Counted from the first letter of the stretch, positions 36,004 to 46,539 are shown. The stretch: DNA of 64,000 bases from Oscillospiraceae bacterium (GCA_028697255.1 JAQVFM010000001.1:9789-73788); one strand, 5' to 3'. A program made the numbers and translations. The notes: generated from the letters alone by a model not told the origin.

Positions 36004-36097
36004 GGCGCGATGAGGGCATCGCGCCCTACAATTTGTATATATAACCCGATTGCAAAAAAACCTATGCATCTGTAGGGAACGCCGTCCCCGGCGTTCC
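36004..36097. repeat. Two GC-hairpin repeat units between convergent genes
   Basis: GGCGCGATGAGGGCATCGCGCC-CTACAATTTGTATAT (identical hairpin to 29286-29307) and GTAGGGAACGCC-GTCCCC-GGCGTTCC. Confidence 0.75.
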
Positions 36098-36125
36098 GTT
36101 TAAATGCTCCCATTTGCCGCCACTA

Positions 36126-37262
36126 TCAATCATACAACAATTTGCAAATAAGCGTATTTGACAATAAAAACCCCAAACGCGTAAGGCGAATTCCGTCGTT
36201 GTCAACCGAAATCAGGTGGGAGGGTAATTCTTTTGCCCGATCAATGACCGACTGCGGTATATCACGACCGAATTTTGCTTTAAATTCATTGTATTTAATG
36301 CCTTCGTCCAACCGCAAACGCAGCATTATGTATTCGTTCTCGTGTTCGTGAATATTATGATTGCCTTTTTGCGGTTTATCTTGTTCATGGACAGGCATTA
36401 CGCCTTTTAAAAATAAATTTATATCCTGCTCATAATAAAAACGTGTATTATTTATATAGGAATGTGCTGCAGGACCTATGCCAAGATACGGATCCAAATT
36501 CCAGTACTTAATGTTATGGCGGCATTCATAACCGGGCATGGCAAAATTGGATATCTCATATTGACGGTATCCTAACATATCCGCCGTTTGACATGCGGCA
36601 AGATATAGTTCGGCACATTCGTCACTGTCGGGTAGAAATAGAGTGTCGCGGTTTTGATAAAATAAGGTGCCCTCCTCAATTTTCAATATATAAGCCGATA
36701 CATGGCTTGCACCTATTTCAAAAGCGCGGCTAATATCAAATACGACTGATTTTACGGATTGCCCGCGAAGGCCGAGCATTATGTCAAGCGATATGTTATT
36801 TATGCCACAGGCATGTGCGGCCGCAACAGCATTTTCAACATCTTGCGGACGATGACGCCGTCTTAAAAATCTTAGTTGTGCGTCATCACAGGTTTGCATG
36901 CCGATTGAAACTCGATTACCGCCTGCCGATGCAAAAGCGGAGAAAACTTCATCTAATAAATCACCGGGGTTTGCCTCCATGGTTATTTCTGCATTTTTAA
37001 GCTTAAAGAGCTTGGTTGCCTTATCTAATATTCTCTTTAATCTTTTGCCGCCCAGCAGTGTCGGAGTGCCCCCGCCGATATAAAGCGTATCGGCGGATAC
37101 TCCCCCTAACTTTTGATACCAGAGCGCAAGTGCGTCGATAACGGCGTTGGTATAAGCGTCCATCACCTCGGGACTTTGCCCCTGCAAAGAATAAAAGTCG
37201 CAATACGGGCATTTTGAAACACAAAAAGGCACATGTATATATAATCCAATAGGATCGGACAT
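36126..37262 (-). CDS. hemW: Radical SAM heme chaperone HemW (HemN-like)
   Basis: GLYIHVPFCVSKCPYCDFYS CxxxCxxC motif. The ATG at 37262 follows an AAGGAGA RBS. The longer track ORF runs into a repeat. Confidence 0.88.
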   Translation of the reverse strand: MSDPIGLYIHVPFCVSKCPYCDFYSLQGQSPEVMDAYTNAVIDALALWYQKLGGVSADTLYIGGGTPTLLGGKRLKRILDKATKLFKLKNAEITMEANPGDLLDEVFSAFASAGGNRVSIGMQTCDDAQLRFLRRRHRPQDVENAVAAAHACGINNISLDIMLGLRGQSVKSVVFDISRAFEIGASHVSAYILKIEEGTLFYQNRDTLFLPDSDECAELYLAACQTADMLGYRQYEISNFAMPGYECRHNIKYWNLDPYLGIGPAAHSYINNTRFYYEQDINLFLKGVMPVHEQDKPQKGNHNIHEHENEYIMLRLRLDEGIKYNEFKAKFGRDIPQSVIDRAKELPSHLISVDNDGIRLTRLGFLLSNTLICKLLYD

Positions 37263-37290
37263 CAATAGTCTCCTTCTTTTTAACGTGGTT

Positions 37291-37331
37291 GATTGCGTAA
37301 TATACAAATTTGCGGGCGGACACAGTTCGTC
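37291..37331 (+). repeat. Leader-plus-GC-hairpin repeat unit (copy 3)
   Basis: GATTGCGTAATATACAAATTTGC-GGGCGGAC-ACA-GTTCGTC. Confidence 0.7.
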
Positions 37332-37368
37332 TCTATAATATTAGTATGAGTGTGGTTTGCATAAGGAT

Positions 37369-38517
37369 TTATTCAGACGGACGTATTGTGGGTTTTTTAA
37401 AACGGTGGCGGTAAGAAACAAAGTCTCTAAACAGCATTTGCACAATTGCAATTGCCGGGACACCGAGAAATATCCCCCAAAACCCGAAAAGACCGCCACC
37501 CAGTGTTATGGCAAACAGAACATATATCGGACGAACTCCCAACGTATGTCCGACTATACGCGGTTGAATAAGATTAGCGTCGATTTGCTGCATTACAATG
37601 ATATAAATAGCAACAAAAACAGCGCCGTATACATTGCCGGATAGCAACGTTATCATTACAGCTACTAAGCCGCCTATAATCGCACCAAAATATGGTATCA
37701 TATTAAGAAGACCGATTAAAAGTCCAAGTAATGGTGCGTTTGGAGTGCGGAAAATGACAAGACCAATTGTCATTAGAACGCCGACAATAATAGCATCCAA
37801 CGCTTGACTGTAAAAATAGCTGTATAATATTTCACATGATCGGTGTGTATACCGTGAAACATATGTCATACGATGCTCGTTAATAAACAGTCTTAGTATC
37901 AGCCTGCCCGTATTAAGAAGCGAATCACGGCTAAGCAGCATATAAATTGAGATAATAAATGACATAAATACATTTAACAGTGATGACGTGAAATTCATAA
38001 TGCCCTTAAAATAGCTTAATACCGTATCAGGTGTTAGCCTCGGTTCAATATAAGAGGTGTATATGTCTTGAATGGTTTTTGTGACATCAAATCCCTCAAA
38101 TATACCGTATTGTTCGGATAACGATGTTAAAAACTCTATCAATTGATTGTAATAGCCGGGTAAGGAAGCTACAAGACTAATAATGCTGCGAATTATTGCG
38201 GGCAGCGCAAAAGTCAATAACAGCGCTAACAAAAGAATAAGCGCCAGATATACAGTTAAAACTGATAGTACGCGTGCATGGCGTGCAAATGGCCGCGGCA
38301 GCTTTTGCTTTATTATTAGTTCCAATCGGTTAGATGGAGCATAGAGCAAAAAGGCCAGTCCCAATCCAATTACAAACGGGCTGAGAATACTTATTATCCG
38401 ACCTATAAAAGACATTATTACGCTCATATTGTCAAAGGTTTTATATACCGCAATCAATGCAACACCCAAAACAAATAAGGATATAGTTCGCGTAAAACCT
38501 TTAAGGTAATCCTTCAC
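37369..38517 (-). CDS. AI-2E family (PerM/YtvI-like) transporter
   Basis: Polytopic protein of about 380 aa with the characteristic C-terminal GLLGLLIGLL..IPYFGAIIG region. A GTG start at 38517 sits 7 nt after GGAGG. Confidence 0.8.
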   Translation of the reverse strand: MKDYLKGFTRTISLFVLGVALIAVYKTFDNMSVIMSFIGRIISILSPFVIGLGLAFLLYAPSNRLELIIKQKLPRPFARHARVLSVLTVYLALILLLALLLTFALPAIIRSIISLVASLPGYYNQLIEFLTSLSEQYGIFEGFDVTKTIQDIYTSYIEPRLTPDTVLSYFKGIMNFTSSLLNVFMSFIISIYMLLSRDSLLNTGRLILRLFINEHRMTYVSRYTHRSCEILYSYFYSQALDAIIVGVLMTIGLVIFRTPNAPLLGLLIGLLNMIPYFGAIIGGLVAVMITLLSGNVYGAVFVAIYIIVMQQIDANLIQPRIVGHTLGVRPIYVLFAITLGGGLFGFWGIFLGVPAIAIVQMLFRDFVSYRHRFKKPTIRPSE

Positions 38518-38535
38518 AGGCAAGCCTCCTTCGAT

Positions 38536-39192
38536 TTATAACCACTGTGCAAAAGCTAAATAGGCCTGATGCAAATTTTTTACATATATTATTGCCGGTC
38601 TGCCGTTTATTACACAGGTTCCGTCAGGTTTAACGCAAAATGAGGACAAGGGTGTCGACAGCCCCGTTCCGCTAAGCTTTAGCGCGCTTTCCTTGCAAGC
38701 CCAAAAACGGGTAAAAGCATCAGCAAGCCGTGTTTTTTCTATTGTTGCCAACCGCGCGTATTCATCGGGATGAAATCGCTTTGCAATACGCAGCATACGA
38801 ATTGGCGGCATTTTGGGAATCACTTGCAAGTCGATTCCTATCGGCGCATGCGATATGGCGGCGCAAACCAGCCCCCGGCTGTGTGACAGACCTACGTGAA
38901 GCACGGTGTCGCCAATATTTACACCCGAGGGAAACGGCTTTCCGTGTTCACCTGTCTGCCAGCCGATTTTTGCGGCGATATCTAAGATTTTATCGGATTT
39001 TGAAGTTAGCTTGTTAACATCTGCCCACACAAGCCCGCCGTCAGTCCGGCGGCATAAAATCAGGCAATAAAGCAGGTATGCCGCAACAACCGATTCTGTC
39101 CGGCGTTTTTTGGCATAATCGGGCAGAGCGACAGCCATAGTTTTTTCCTGTTCGTCTGATATACGCGAAATATCAGTTATAAGTGCTGTCAT
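38536..39192 (-). CDS. 4'-phosphopantetheinyl transferase (Sfp type)
   Basis: IGIDLQ and WACKESALKLSG motifs, 218 aa. Confidence 0.7.
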   Translation of the reverse strand: MTALITDISRISDEQEKTMAVALPDYAKKRRTESVVAAYLLYCLILCRRTDGGLVWADVNKLTSKSDKILDIAAKIGWQTGEHGKPFPSGVNIGDTVLHVGLSHSRGLVCAAISHAPIGIDLQVIPKMPPIRMLRIAKRFHPDEYARLATIEKTRLADAFTRFWACKESALKLSGTGLSTPLSSFCVKPDGTCVINGRPAIIYVKNLHQAYLAFAQWL

Positions 39193-39195
39193 GGT

Positions 39196-40875
39196 TTAAA
39201 ACAAGCCGGTTATGCGACCCTGCATATCCACATCAATATTTTCGGCAGACGGCACTTTGGGCAATCCCGGCATTGTCATAATGTCGCCGGTTAGCACTAC
39301 CACAAAACCTGCACCCGCCGAAAGACGCACGCTTTTGACAGTAATATTAAATCCGGTGGGACGACCGTTAAGTGACGGATTGTCTGATAATGAATATTGC
39401 GTTTTTGCAATGCAGACAGGCAGGTTCCCAACCCCCAATTCTGTTAACCGGTCAAGCTCGCGCTTTGCGGGCGGCAGATAGTCAACGCCATCTGCTCCAT
39501 AAATTTCGCGGGCAATTGTGTTGATTTTGTCGAAAAGCGGCATATCGTCCGTATACAGCATTTTAAAATTGCTCGGCATATCCAAAAGCCGCAACACCTC
39601 ATTGGCAAGCGCAGTGCCGCCCTTGCCGCCCTTTTCCCATACTTCGGACAGTGCGACATTGACTCCCAGCTCACTGCAATGGCGGCGCAACATATCCAGT
39701 TCGGCCTGTGTGTCGTCAGGAAAACGGTTTATGGCAACCACAGCCGGAATACCGAATTTTTTAGTAATGTTTTCAATGTGTTTTAAAAGATTGGGTATGC
39801 CTTTTTTTAGAGCCTCAAGGTTTTCGGTCTGCAGCCGGTCTTTAGAAACACCCCCGTGCGATTTAAGTGCGCGAACTGTTGCCACAATGACAGCGGCACC
39901 GGGTTTAAGTCCTGCTTTTCGGCATTTAATGTCAATAAATTTTTCAGCGCCCAGGTCTGCCCCAAATCCCGCCTCGGTTATTACATAATCGGCTATTTTG
40001 AGTGCAAGCCTGGTTGCGGCTATGCTGTTGCACCCGTGGGCAATGTTTGCAAACGGCCCACCATGAACAAGTGCCGGAGTATGCTCAAGAGTTTGCACAA
40101 GGTTAGGCTTTAATGCATCACGCAGCAGGGCGGTCATAGCGCCCTGTGCCTTTAATTGACCGCACGTAACAGGCTTTCCGTCATAAGTGTATCCGACAAC
40201 AATACGAGCGAGATTTTCCTTTAAATCGCATAGATCTTTAGAAAGACAGAGAACTGCCATTATCTCCGACGCTACCGTAATGTCGTAACCGTCCTCTCTG
40301 GGAACACCACACACGCGTCCGCCCAGCCCGTTTATTATATGACGAAGCTGTCTGTCGTTCATATCTACGCAACGTTTTAGAGTAATACGGCGCACATCAA
40401 TGCCGAGTTGATTACCGTGGTGAATGTGGTTGTCAAGCATTGCAGCCAGCAGGTTGTTGGCCGCACCGATTGCGTGCATATCGCCGGTGAAATGCAGATT
40501 TATATCCTCCATCGGAATAACCTGCGCCCAGCCGCCGCCTGCCGCGCCGCCCTTGATTCCAAAAACGGGGCCCAGAGACGGCTCACGCAGCGCAAGCATT
40601 ACCTTTTTACCCAGTTGACTTAATGCATCACCAAGTCCGATTGTGTTTGTGGTTTTGCCCTCGCCCGCAGGAGTCGGCGTTATCGCGGTAACAAGCACAA
40701 GCTTGCCGTCGGGCTTATCTTTAAGTCTGTCATAGACCGAAAGGTGTATTTTTGCTTTGTCGTTGCCGTACAAATCAATATCTTGCCTTGTCAAGCCAAG
40801 TGTTTTTGCTATTTGTTCAATATTAAGCGGTTGCACGCTTTGTGCAATTTCAATATCCGTTAACATTCCTGCCAT
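39196..40875 (-). CDS. fhs: Formate--tetrahydrofolate ligase
   Basis: [10 protein letters not shown]-loop, 559 aa, collinear with Fhs throughout. Confidence 0.93.
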   Translation of the reverse strand: MAGMLTDIEIAQSVQPLNIEQIAKTLGLTRQDIDLYGNDKAKIHLSVYDRLKDKPDGKLVLVTAITPTPAGEGKTTNTIGLGDALSQLGKKVMLALREPSLGPVFGIKGGAAGGGWAQVIPMEDINLHFTGDMHAIGAANNLLAAMLDNHIHHGNQLGIDVRRITLKRCVDMNDRQLRHIINGLGGRVCGVPREDGYDITVASEIMAVLCLSKDLCDLKENLARIVVGYTYDGKPVTCGQLKAQGAMTALLRDALKPNLVQTLEHTPALVHGGPFANIAHGCNSIAATRLALKIADYVITEAGFGADLGAEKFIDIKCRKAGLKPGAAVIVATVRALKSHGGVSKDRLQTENLEALKKGIPNLLKHIENITKKFGIPAVVAINRFPDDTQAELDMLRRHCSELGVNVALSEVWEKGGKGGTALANEVLRLLDMPSNFKMLYTDDMPLFDKINTIAREIYGADGVDYLPPAKRELDRLTELGVGNLPVCIAKTQYSLSDNPSLNGRPTGFNITVKSVRLSAGAGFVVVLTGDIMTMPGLPKVPSAENIDVDMQGRITGLF

Positions 40876-40926
40876 TTTCTTAGACCATCTTTCATGTTAT
40901 AAAATAGTTATTATTCCGTATGAAAT

Positions 40927-40955
40927 ATATTATTATTAAAGTTAAAAAGTGTCAA
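40927..40955 (-). promoter_or_regulatory. Sigma-A type promoter for fhs
   Basis: Minus strand reads TTGACA, 17 nt, TAATAT. Confidence 0.4.
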
Positions 40956-40974
40956 GATAAGAAAAAATTTGCCT

Positions 40975-41005
40975 AAAAACAAATAGGGCTGTAAGGCAGC
41001 CCCAT
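40975..41005 (-). terminator. Hairpin after the CNNM-family gene
   Basis: Minus strand reads GGGGCTG-CCTTA-CAGCCC followed by TATTTGTTTTT. Confidence 0.5.
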
Positions 41006-41025
41006 TTTATAGTCATAGGTTTTTA

Positions 41026-42402
41026 TCAATTGTCATCGTCAGACTCATTTTCTAAGGCGTGCGGATTCACAAGTATGTGAACACGCTCAATACGCCGTTC
41101 ATCCATTTCCATTACCGTAAAGGTAACATTTTCAAGTGTTACTTTGGGGTGTTCGTCTTCGCCCGGAATACGACCAAGTATATCCATGATATACCCGGCA
41201 ATAGTATCGTAATCACCATCGGGGAATTTGATTTTAAGAAGATCACCCAGCTTTTCTATATCAACAGAGCCTTCTACCTCAAAGGTGTTGTCACCTGTTT
41301 TTGTAACCTCTTCCTCTTCATTATCGTATTCATCTTGAATGTTGCCGACAATGGATTCAATTAAGTCCTCCATCGTAACAATTCCGGCAAATCCTCCATA
41401 TTCATCTACGACAATGGCAAGCTGTATATGTTTCTCGGTCATTTCTGCAAACAGGTTGCCGCACCGTTTTGTACCCGGCACAAAAAAGGTTTCACGCATT
41501 ATATGGCGTATTGAAACTTCTTTAGGGATCTCCTGACCAACATAGGGAAGCAAATCCTTTACATAAACCAGACCTATTATGTTGTCAATATCTCCTTCAT
41601 AAACCGGCAGGCGCGAATAACCGCCGTCCACACCGATACGCAACGCTTCGGTAATGTCATCTTCAACTTCGACTACCTCGACATCGGTGCGGGGAGTCAT
41701 AATGTCCTCTGCGGTAATATCGTCGAATTCAAAGACATTGTTTATCATTTCTTTTTGAACGTCCTCAATGACGCCTTTTTCACCGCCGACATCCACCATC
41801 ATGCGAATTTCTTCTTCGGTGACATTTTTTTGTGTAGCGTTGGGGTCAAGCCCTAACATGCGCACCACAAGATTTGTGGAAACCGAGAGCAGCCGTACAA
41901 ACGGTCGTGTTATTGCTGAAACGCCGCGCAAAACATTGACAACGGCAAAGGAAATAGCCTCGGATTTTTGCATCGCAATGCGTTTTGGAACAAGCTCTCC
42001 AAGCACCAATGAGAAATAGGACATCATCAGCGTAATTAAGACTACACTTATAAAGTTGATTGCACTGGAATACTGGTTTAATGCAGGAGAAAGCCCCGTG
42101 ATCCAATCCGAAAGCGGACCCGCAAGCGACTGAGCTGCCGTAGCCGATGCAAGAAAACCGGCAAGTGTTACGCCAATTTGAATAGTAGCAAGAAAATTCG
42201 AGGAATTGGCCGTTAGCTTTAAAATCTGCCGCGCCTTTTTATGTCCTTCATTGGCCATTTTTTGAACCTTATTGTCGTTTAATGTGATGACCGCAATTTC
42301 GGACGCTGCAAAAAAAGCGTTGATAAAAATAAGAACTGCCAACAAAATTAGTTTAATAAAAATATTTATTCCTGTAGGATCGGGTTCAGGGTCTGAATCC
42401 AT
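41026..42402 (-). CDS. CNNM/HlyC-CorC family transporter (DUF21-CBS pair-CorC_HlyC)
   Basis: N-terminal four-helix DUF21 region, tandem CBS region, and C-terminal CorC_HlyC-like domain. Confidence 0.85.
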   Translation of the reverse strand: MDSDPEPDPTGINIFIKLILLAVLIFINAFFAASEIAVITLNDNKVQKMANEGHKKARQILKLTANSSNFLATIQIGVTLAGFLASATAAQSLAGPLSDWITGLSPALNQYSSAINFISVVLITLMMSYFSLVLGELVPKRIAMQKSEAISFAVVNVLRGVSAITRPFVRLLSVSTNLVVRMLGLDPNATQKNVTEEEIRMMVDVGGEKGVIEDVQKEMINNVFEFDDITAEDIMTPRTDVEVVEVEDDITEALRIGVDGGYSRLPVYEGDIDNIIGLVYVKDLLPYVGQEIPKEVSIRHIMRETFFVPGTKRCGNLFAEMTEKHIQLAIVVDEYGGFAGIVTMEDLIESIVGNIQDEYDNEEEEVTKTGDNTFEVEGSVDIEKLGDLLKIKFPDGDYDTIAGYIMDILGRIPGEDEHPKVTLENVTFTVMEMDERRIERVHILVNPHALENESDDDN

Positions 42403-42492
42403 ATGTTTTTATTACCCCTTTCATTACTAAAGTTGATTAAAACCGCACAGCTGAGGTTGCGGTTGTCATCATCAATTTATCAATTTAACATT

Positions 42493-42521
42493 ATAATATC
42501 CCGTTTTATCCGGCGTGTCAA
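42493..42521 (-). promoter_or_regulatory. Sigma-A type promoter for the CNNM-family gene
   Basis: Minus strand reads TTGACA, 17 nt, TATTAT. The 5' UTR of about 85 nt contains the hairpin AACCGCA...TGCGGTT (42441-42464). Confidence 0.5.
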
Positions 42522-42650
42522 CTAAAGCAGCAATGCGGGCGGTGCGGTGTGCCATAGAAACCGCGAGTTACTTTACGATTTCGTGAAGCCAAGGCTGTCA
42601 AACCCATTTTAAGAACAAATATGACCAAATTTGAAGATAATAGTGATTTT

Positions 42651-42830
42651 AAATAATGCTCACTGAATAATACCGTTTGCGAACAAAGACACAAAAATCA
42701 TGATTTTTGTTGTCAGCTCGCATTGATTGCCGCCTGTTATATGAAACGGTCGGGAGACGACCGCTGAATAATTAAAAAATACTTATACCTTATAGTAGCG
42801 CATTTTTTAATTATTCAGCAGGCTTTAATT
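42651..42830 (+). mobile_element. AT-rich hairpin-ended miniature repeat element, copy B
   Basis: Same termini as copy A and the same 50-nt internal block CAGCTCGCATTGATTGCCGCCTGTTATATGAAACGGTCG..ACGACCG. It lacks 48 nt that are present in A. Confidence 0.7.
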
Positions 42831-42892
42831 AATATAAAATACTTCCAGTAAAAATATTGCTGAATTATGGGGGATTACTATAAATTTAGTGG

Positions 42893-42921
42893 TTTACAGT
42901 TTCGACTTAAAATGTTACTAT
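42893..42921 (+). promoter_or_regulatory. Sigma-A type promoter for nifJ
   Basis: TTTACA, 17 nt, TACTAT with TG upstream of the -10 box. The AAGGAGG RBS lies at 42954-42960. Confidence 0.5.
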
Positions 42922-42969
42922 GTAAGTATAGAAATTATAAGTAGCACTCTTTCAAGGAGGAAATTGTAA

Positions 42970-45900
42970 ATGTCGAGAAAATTTAAAACAATGGATGGAA
43001 ACAGTGCAGCCGCGCATGTTTCATATGCGTTTACCGATGTTGCTGCTATCTATCCGATAACGCCGTCATCGGTTATGGCAGAGGAAACCGATAAGTGGTC
43101 GGCAAACGGAGTTAAAAATCTGTTTGGGCAGCCGGTGAAGGTGGCTGAAATGCAGTCTGAAGCGGGTGCTGCCGGTGCGGTTCATGGTGCTTTGGCCGCC
43201 GGTGCGCTTACGACTACATATACCGCATCCCAAGGGCTTTTGCTGATGATTCCCAATATGTACAAGATTGCGGGAGAGCTTTTGCCTAACGTTATTCACG
43301 TATCGGCCCGTGCAGTTGCATCACACGCACTGTCTATTTTCGGAGATCATTCCGATATATATGCATGTCGCCAAACAGGTTATGCAATGTTGTGTTCGTC
43401 AAGTGTTCAGGAAGTCATGGATTTAGCGGCAGTTGCTCATCTGTCCACAATTAAAGGCCGTGTACCTTTCCTGCACTTTTTTGACGGTTTCCGCACATCG
43501 CACGAGGTTCAGAAGATTCAGGTTTGGGATTACAAGGATTTGGGTGAATTACTTGACTGGGAGGCGGTTGATCGCTTCCGTGCAAACGCCCTCAATCCCG
43601 AGCATCCGGTACAGCGCGGAACAGCTCAAAATCCGGATATTTTCTTCCAGGCTCGCGAGGCCTGCAATCCCTATTATGATATGATTCCTGAAATTGTCGA
43701 GTCATATATGGATAAAATAAATCAAAAAATCGGCACGGATTACAAGCTGTTTAATTATTACGGCCCGCGCGATGCAAAACACGTGATTATCGCGATGGGC
43801 TCTGTTTGTGAGACTATTGAAGAAACAGTTGACTATATGAACGCAGCGGGAGCCAAGGTTGGACTTATTAAGGTTCGGCTGTACCGTCCGTTCTCGGCAA
43901 AGCACTTATTTGCAGCAATGCCTGAGGGTGTTAAATCCATTTCCGTGCTTGACCGCACCAAGGAGCCCGGCTCTATCGGCGAGCCTTTGTACCTTGATGT
44001 ATGCGCTGCGCTTAAGGGTACAAAATTTGAGTCAGTACCGATATACACCGGACGCTACGGTTTGGGCTCCAAGGACACATCGCCGGCACAGATTGTGTCT
44101 GTTTATGACAATATGAATGCCGCAAGCCCAAAGAAGAGATTTACCATAGGTATAGATGACGATGTTACCCATATGTCTCTTGAAGTCAAAGATATTCCGG
44201 ACACCACGCCCAGTGGCACCCGTTCATGTAAATTCTGGGGTTTAGGCTCGGATGGCACAGTTGGCGCCAATAAAAACTCGATAAAAATTATTGGCGACCA
44301 TACTGATATGTATGCTCAAGGCTACTTTGCATATGACTCGAAAAAATCGGGCGGGCTTACTATCTCGCACCTGCGTTTCGGTAAAAAGCCGATTAAATCC
44401 ACATATTTTATCAACAAGGCGGATTTCGTTGCATGCCATAACCCGTCTTATATTGGCAAGTTTGACATGGTCAGTGATGTAAAGCCGGGCGGCACGTTCC
44501 TGCTCAACTGTGCATGGGACGCAGACGAGCTTGACAAGAATTTGCCTGCAGATATGAAAAGAACCATCGCAAATAATAAAATCAATTTCTATACAATAGA
44601 TGCAACCCATCTTGCAAAGGAAATCGGGCTTGGGAACCGGACAAACACAATTCTTCAGGCCGCATTTTTCAAGCTTACCAATGTTATTCCGGTTGATAAT
44701 GCCGTAAAATTGATGAAAGATGCCGCAACCAAATCGTATTCGAAAAAAGGCGACGCAATCGTAAGGATGAACCATGACGCGATTGACACCGGCATACGCG
44801 AGGTTAAAAAGATAAATGTGCCGGAAAGCTGGGCGCAGGCTAATGATGACGCTGCCGACAAAAAACCGGCAATGGGAGGACGCCCGGAAATACGGGATTA
44901 TATTGACAACATTCTAACCCCTGTAAATTCACAGCAGGGTGATAAACTGCCTGTCTCAACATTCTTAAAAGATGCAGACGGCACCGTACCGCTCGGTTCT
45001 TCGGCATACGAAAAACGCGGAATTGCCGTAGACGTGCCGGAATGGGTGCCCGACAATTGCATTCAGTGCAACTTCTGCTCATATGTGTGTCCGCATGCGG
45101 CAATCCGGCCTGTTGTTATGACTGCTGACGAGGCTGAGGCAGCACCCGAGGGAATGCAGACAAAACCGACAACGGGACTTCCGGGTTATCAGTTTGCGAT
45201 AACTGTGTCAACTCTTGACTGTACGGGATGCGGTTCGTGTGCTGCGGTCTGTCCGGGCAAGAAGGGCAACAAGGCGCTTGATATGCAACCGTTTGATACT
45301 CAACTTGACAAACAGAAGTATTTTATGTATGGCAATGATTTGCCGGCTAAACCCGAGGTCATCGAGAAGTTTAAGCTAACTACGGTCAAGGGCAGCCAGT
45401 TTGTACAGCCGTTGCTTGAGTTTTCGGGCGCTTGTGCCGGATGTGGAGAAACGCCGTATGCCAAATTGATCACTCAGTTGTTTGGCGACCGTATGTATAT
45501 TGCAAACGCTACTGGATGCAGCTCCATATGGGGTGGCTCGTCCCCATCAACGCCGTATACCGTAAATAAGCAAGGGCATGGTCCCGCATGGGCGAATTCT
45601 TTGTTTGAGGATAATGCCGAATACGGTTATGGAATGTTCTTAGGAGTTACCGCACGCCGCAACCGTCTTGCTGATATAATGAAAAAATTTATTGAATCCG
45701 ATATCCCTGCTGAGTGGGGTCTTAAAGAGGCTGCACAGGCATGGCTTGACGGTAAGGATGATGCTCAGGCATCAAAAGCCGCTGCCGGTAAAGTTATTGC
45801 CGCGCTGGAAACGGCTATTCTTGAGGGAGATAAGTCGGGCAGCGAATTGAACAGCCTATTCCGTGAAGCCATGAAATCATCGGATTTGCTTGTTAAAAAA

Positions 45901-46539
45901 TCCTTTTGGATGTTTGGCGGCGACGGATGGGCATATGATATCGGGTTTGGCGGGGTTGACCATGTGCTTGCTTCGGGTGAGGATGTAAATGTGTTTGTGT
46001 TTGATACCGAGGTTTATTCAAATACCGGCGGCCAGGCATCAAAATCCACACCTACAGGTTCGGTTGCCCAGTTTGCAGCAGCAGGCAAGTCGGTCAAGAA
46101 AAAGGATTTGGGCGCAATCGCCATGAGCTATGGTTATGTATATGTAGCTCAAATCGCTATGGGAGCCGATATGAACCAAACGATTAAAGCAATACGTGAA
46201 GCTGAAGCGTATCCCGGACCTTCATTGATTATTGCCTATGCACCGTGTATAAACCACGGAATAAAAGGCGGCTTGGTTAATGCCCAGGCAGAACAAAAGA
46301 AGGCTGTTATGTCGGGTTACTGGCACTTGTATCGCTTTGATCCGAGCAAGGAAAAGCCCTTTATGCTTGACAGCAAAGAGCCTTCAATACCATATCGCGA
46401 GTTTTTAATGGGAGAAGTACGGTACAATTCTTTGACACGTACATTCCCGGAAAGGGCACAAGAGCTGTTTGACAAAGCTGAAAAGGATTCGGCTGCCCGC
46501 TATGATTATCTCAAACGCTTGGGCGAACTTTACGGATAA
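42970..46539 (+). CDS. nifJ: Pyruvate:ferredoxin (flavodoxin) oxidoreductase
   Basis: 1189-aa single-chain PFOR with two 4Fe-4S ferredoxin motifs (CIQCNFCSYVCPH, CTGCGSCAAVCP) and the TPP-binding GDGW...region. Confidence 0.93.
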   Translation: MSRKFKTMDGNSAAAHVSYAFTDVAAIYPITPSSVMAEETDKWSANGVKNLFGQPVKVAEMQSEAGAAGAVHGALAAGALTTTYTASQGLLLMIPNMYKIAGELLPNVIHVSARAVASHALSIFGDHSDIYACRQTGYAMLCSSSVQEVMDLAAVAHLSTIKGRVPFLHFFDGFRTSHEVQKIQVWDYKDLGELLDWEAVDRFRANALNPEHPVQRGTAQNPDIFFQAREACNPYYDMIPEIVESYMDKINQKIGTDYKLFNYYGPRDAKHVIIAMGSVCETIEETVDYMNAAGAKVGLIKVRLYRPFSAKHLFAAMPEGVKSISVLDRTKEPGSIGEPLYLDVCAALKGTKFESVPIYTGRYGLGSKDTSPAQIVSVYDNMNAASPKKRFTIGIDDDVTHMSLEVKDIPDTTPSGTRSCKFWGLGSDGTVGANKNSIKIIGDHTDMYAQGYFAYDSKKSGGLTISHLRFGKKPIKSTYFINKADFVACHNPSYIGKFDMVSDVKPGGTFLLNCAWDADELDKNLPADMKRTIANNKINFYTIDATHLAKEIGLGNRTNTILQAAFFKLTNVIPVDNAVKLMKDAATKSYSKKGDAIVRMNHDAIDTGIREVKKINVPESWAQANDDAADKKPAMGGRPEIRDYIDNILTPVNSQQGDKLPVSTFLKDADGTVPLGSSAYEKRGIAVDVPEWVPDNCIQCNFCSYVCPHAAIRPVVMTADEAEAAPEGMQTKPTTGLPGYQFAITVSTLDCTGCGSCAAVCPGKKGNKALDMQPFDTQLDKQKYFMYGNDLPAKPEVIEKFKLTTVKGSQFVQPLLEFSGACAGCGETPYAKLITQLFGDRMYIANATGCSSIWGGSSPSTPYTVNKQGHGPAWANSLFEDNAEYGYGMFLGVTARRNRLADIMKKFIESDIPAEWGLKEAAQAWLDGKDDAQASKAAAGKVIAALETAILEGDKSGSELNSLFREAMKSSDLLVKKSFWMFGGDGWAYDIGFGGVDHVLASGEDVNVFVFDTEVYSNTGGQASKSTPTGSVAQFAAAGKSVKKKDLGAIAMSYGYVYVAQIAMGADMNQTIKAIREAEAYPGPSLIIAYAPCINHGIKGGLVNAQAEQKKAVMSGYWHLYRFDPSKEKPFMLDSKEPSIPYREFLMGEVRYNSLTRTFPERAQELFDKAEKDSAARYDYLKRLGELYG

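Noticed and set aside
36126-37307. Longer N-terminal extensions given by the ORF track: hemW from 37307, spoVAE from 46860, pgi from 9080, DD-carboxypeptidase from 7618
   Set aside because: The extensions lack RBSs and run through repeat or promoter sequence. Internal ATGs with good Shine-Dalgarno spacing give N-termini that match the respective families.
42403-42492. M-box (Mg2+) riboswitch upstream of the CNNM/CorC-family gene
   Set aside because: With the predicted promoter at 42493-42521 the 5' UTR is only about 85 nt and holds one simple hairpin. That is much shorter than an M-box. It is not supported without a covariance-model scan.
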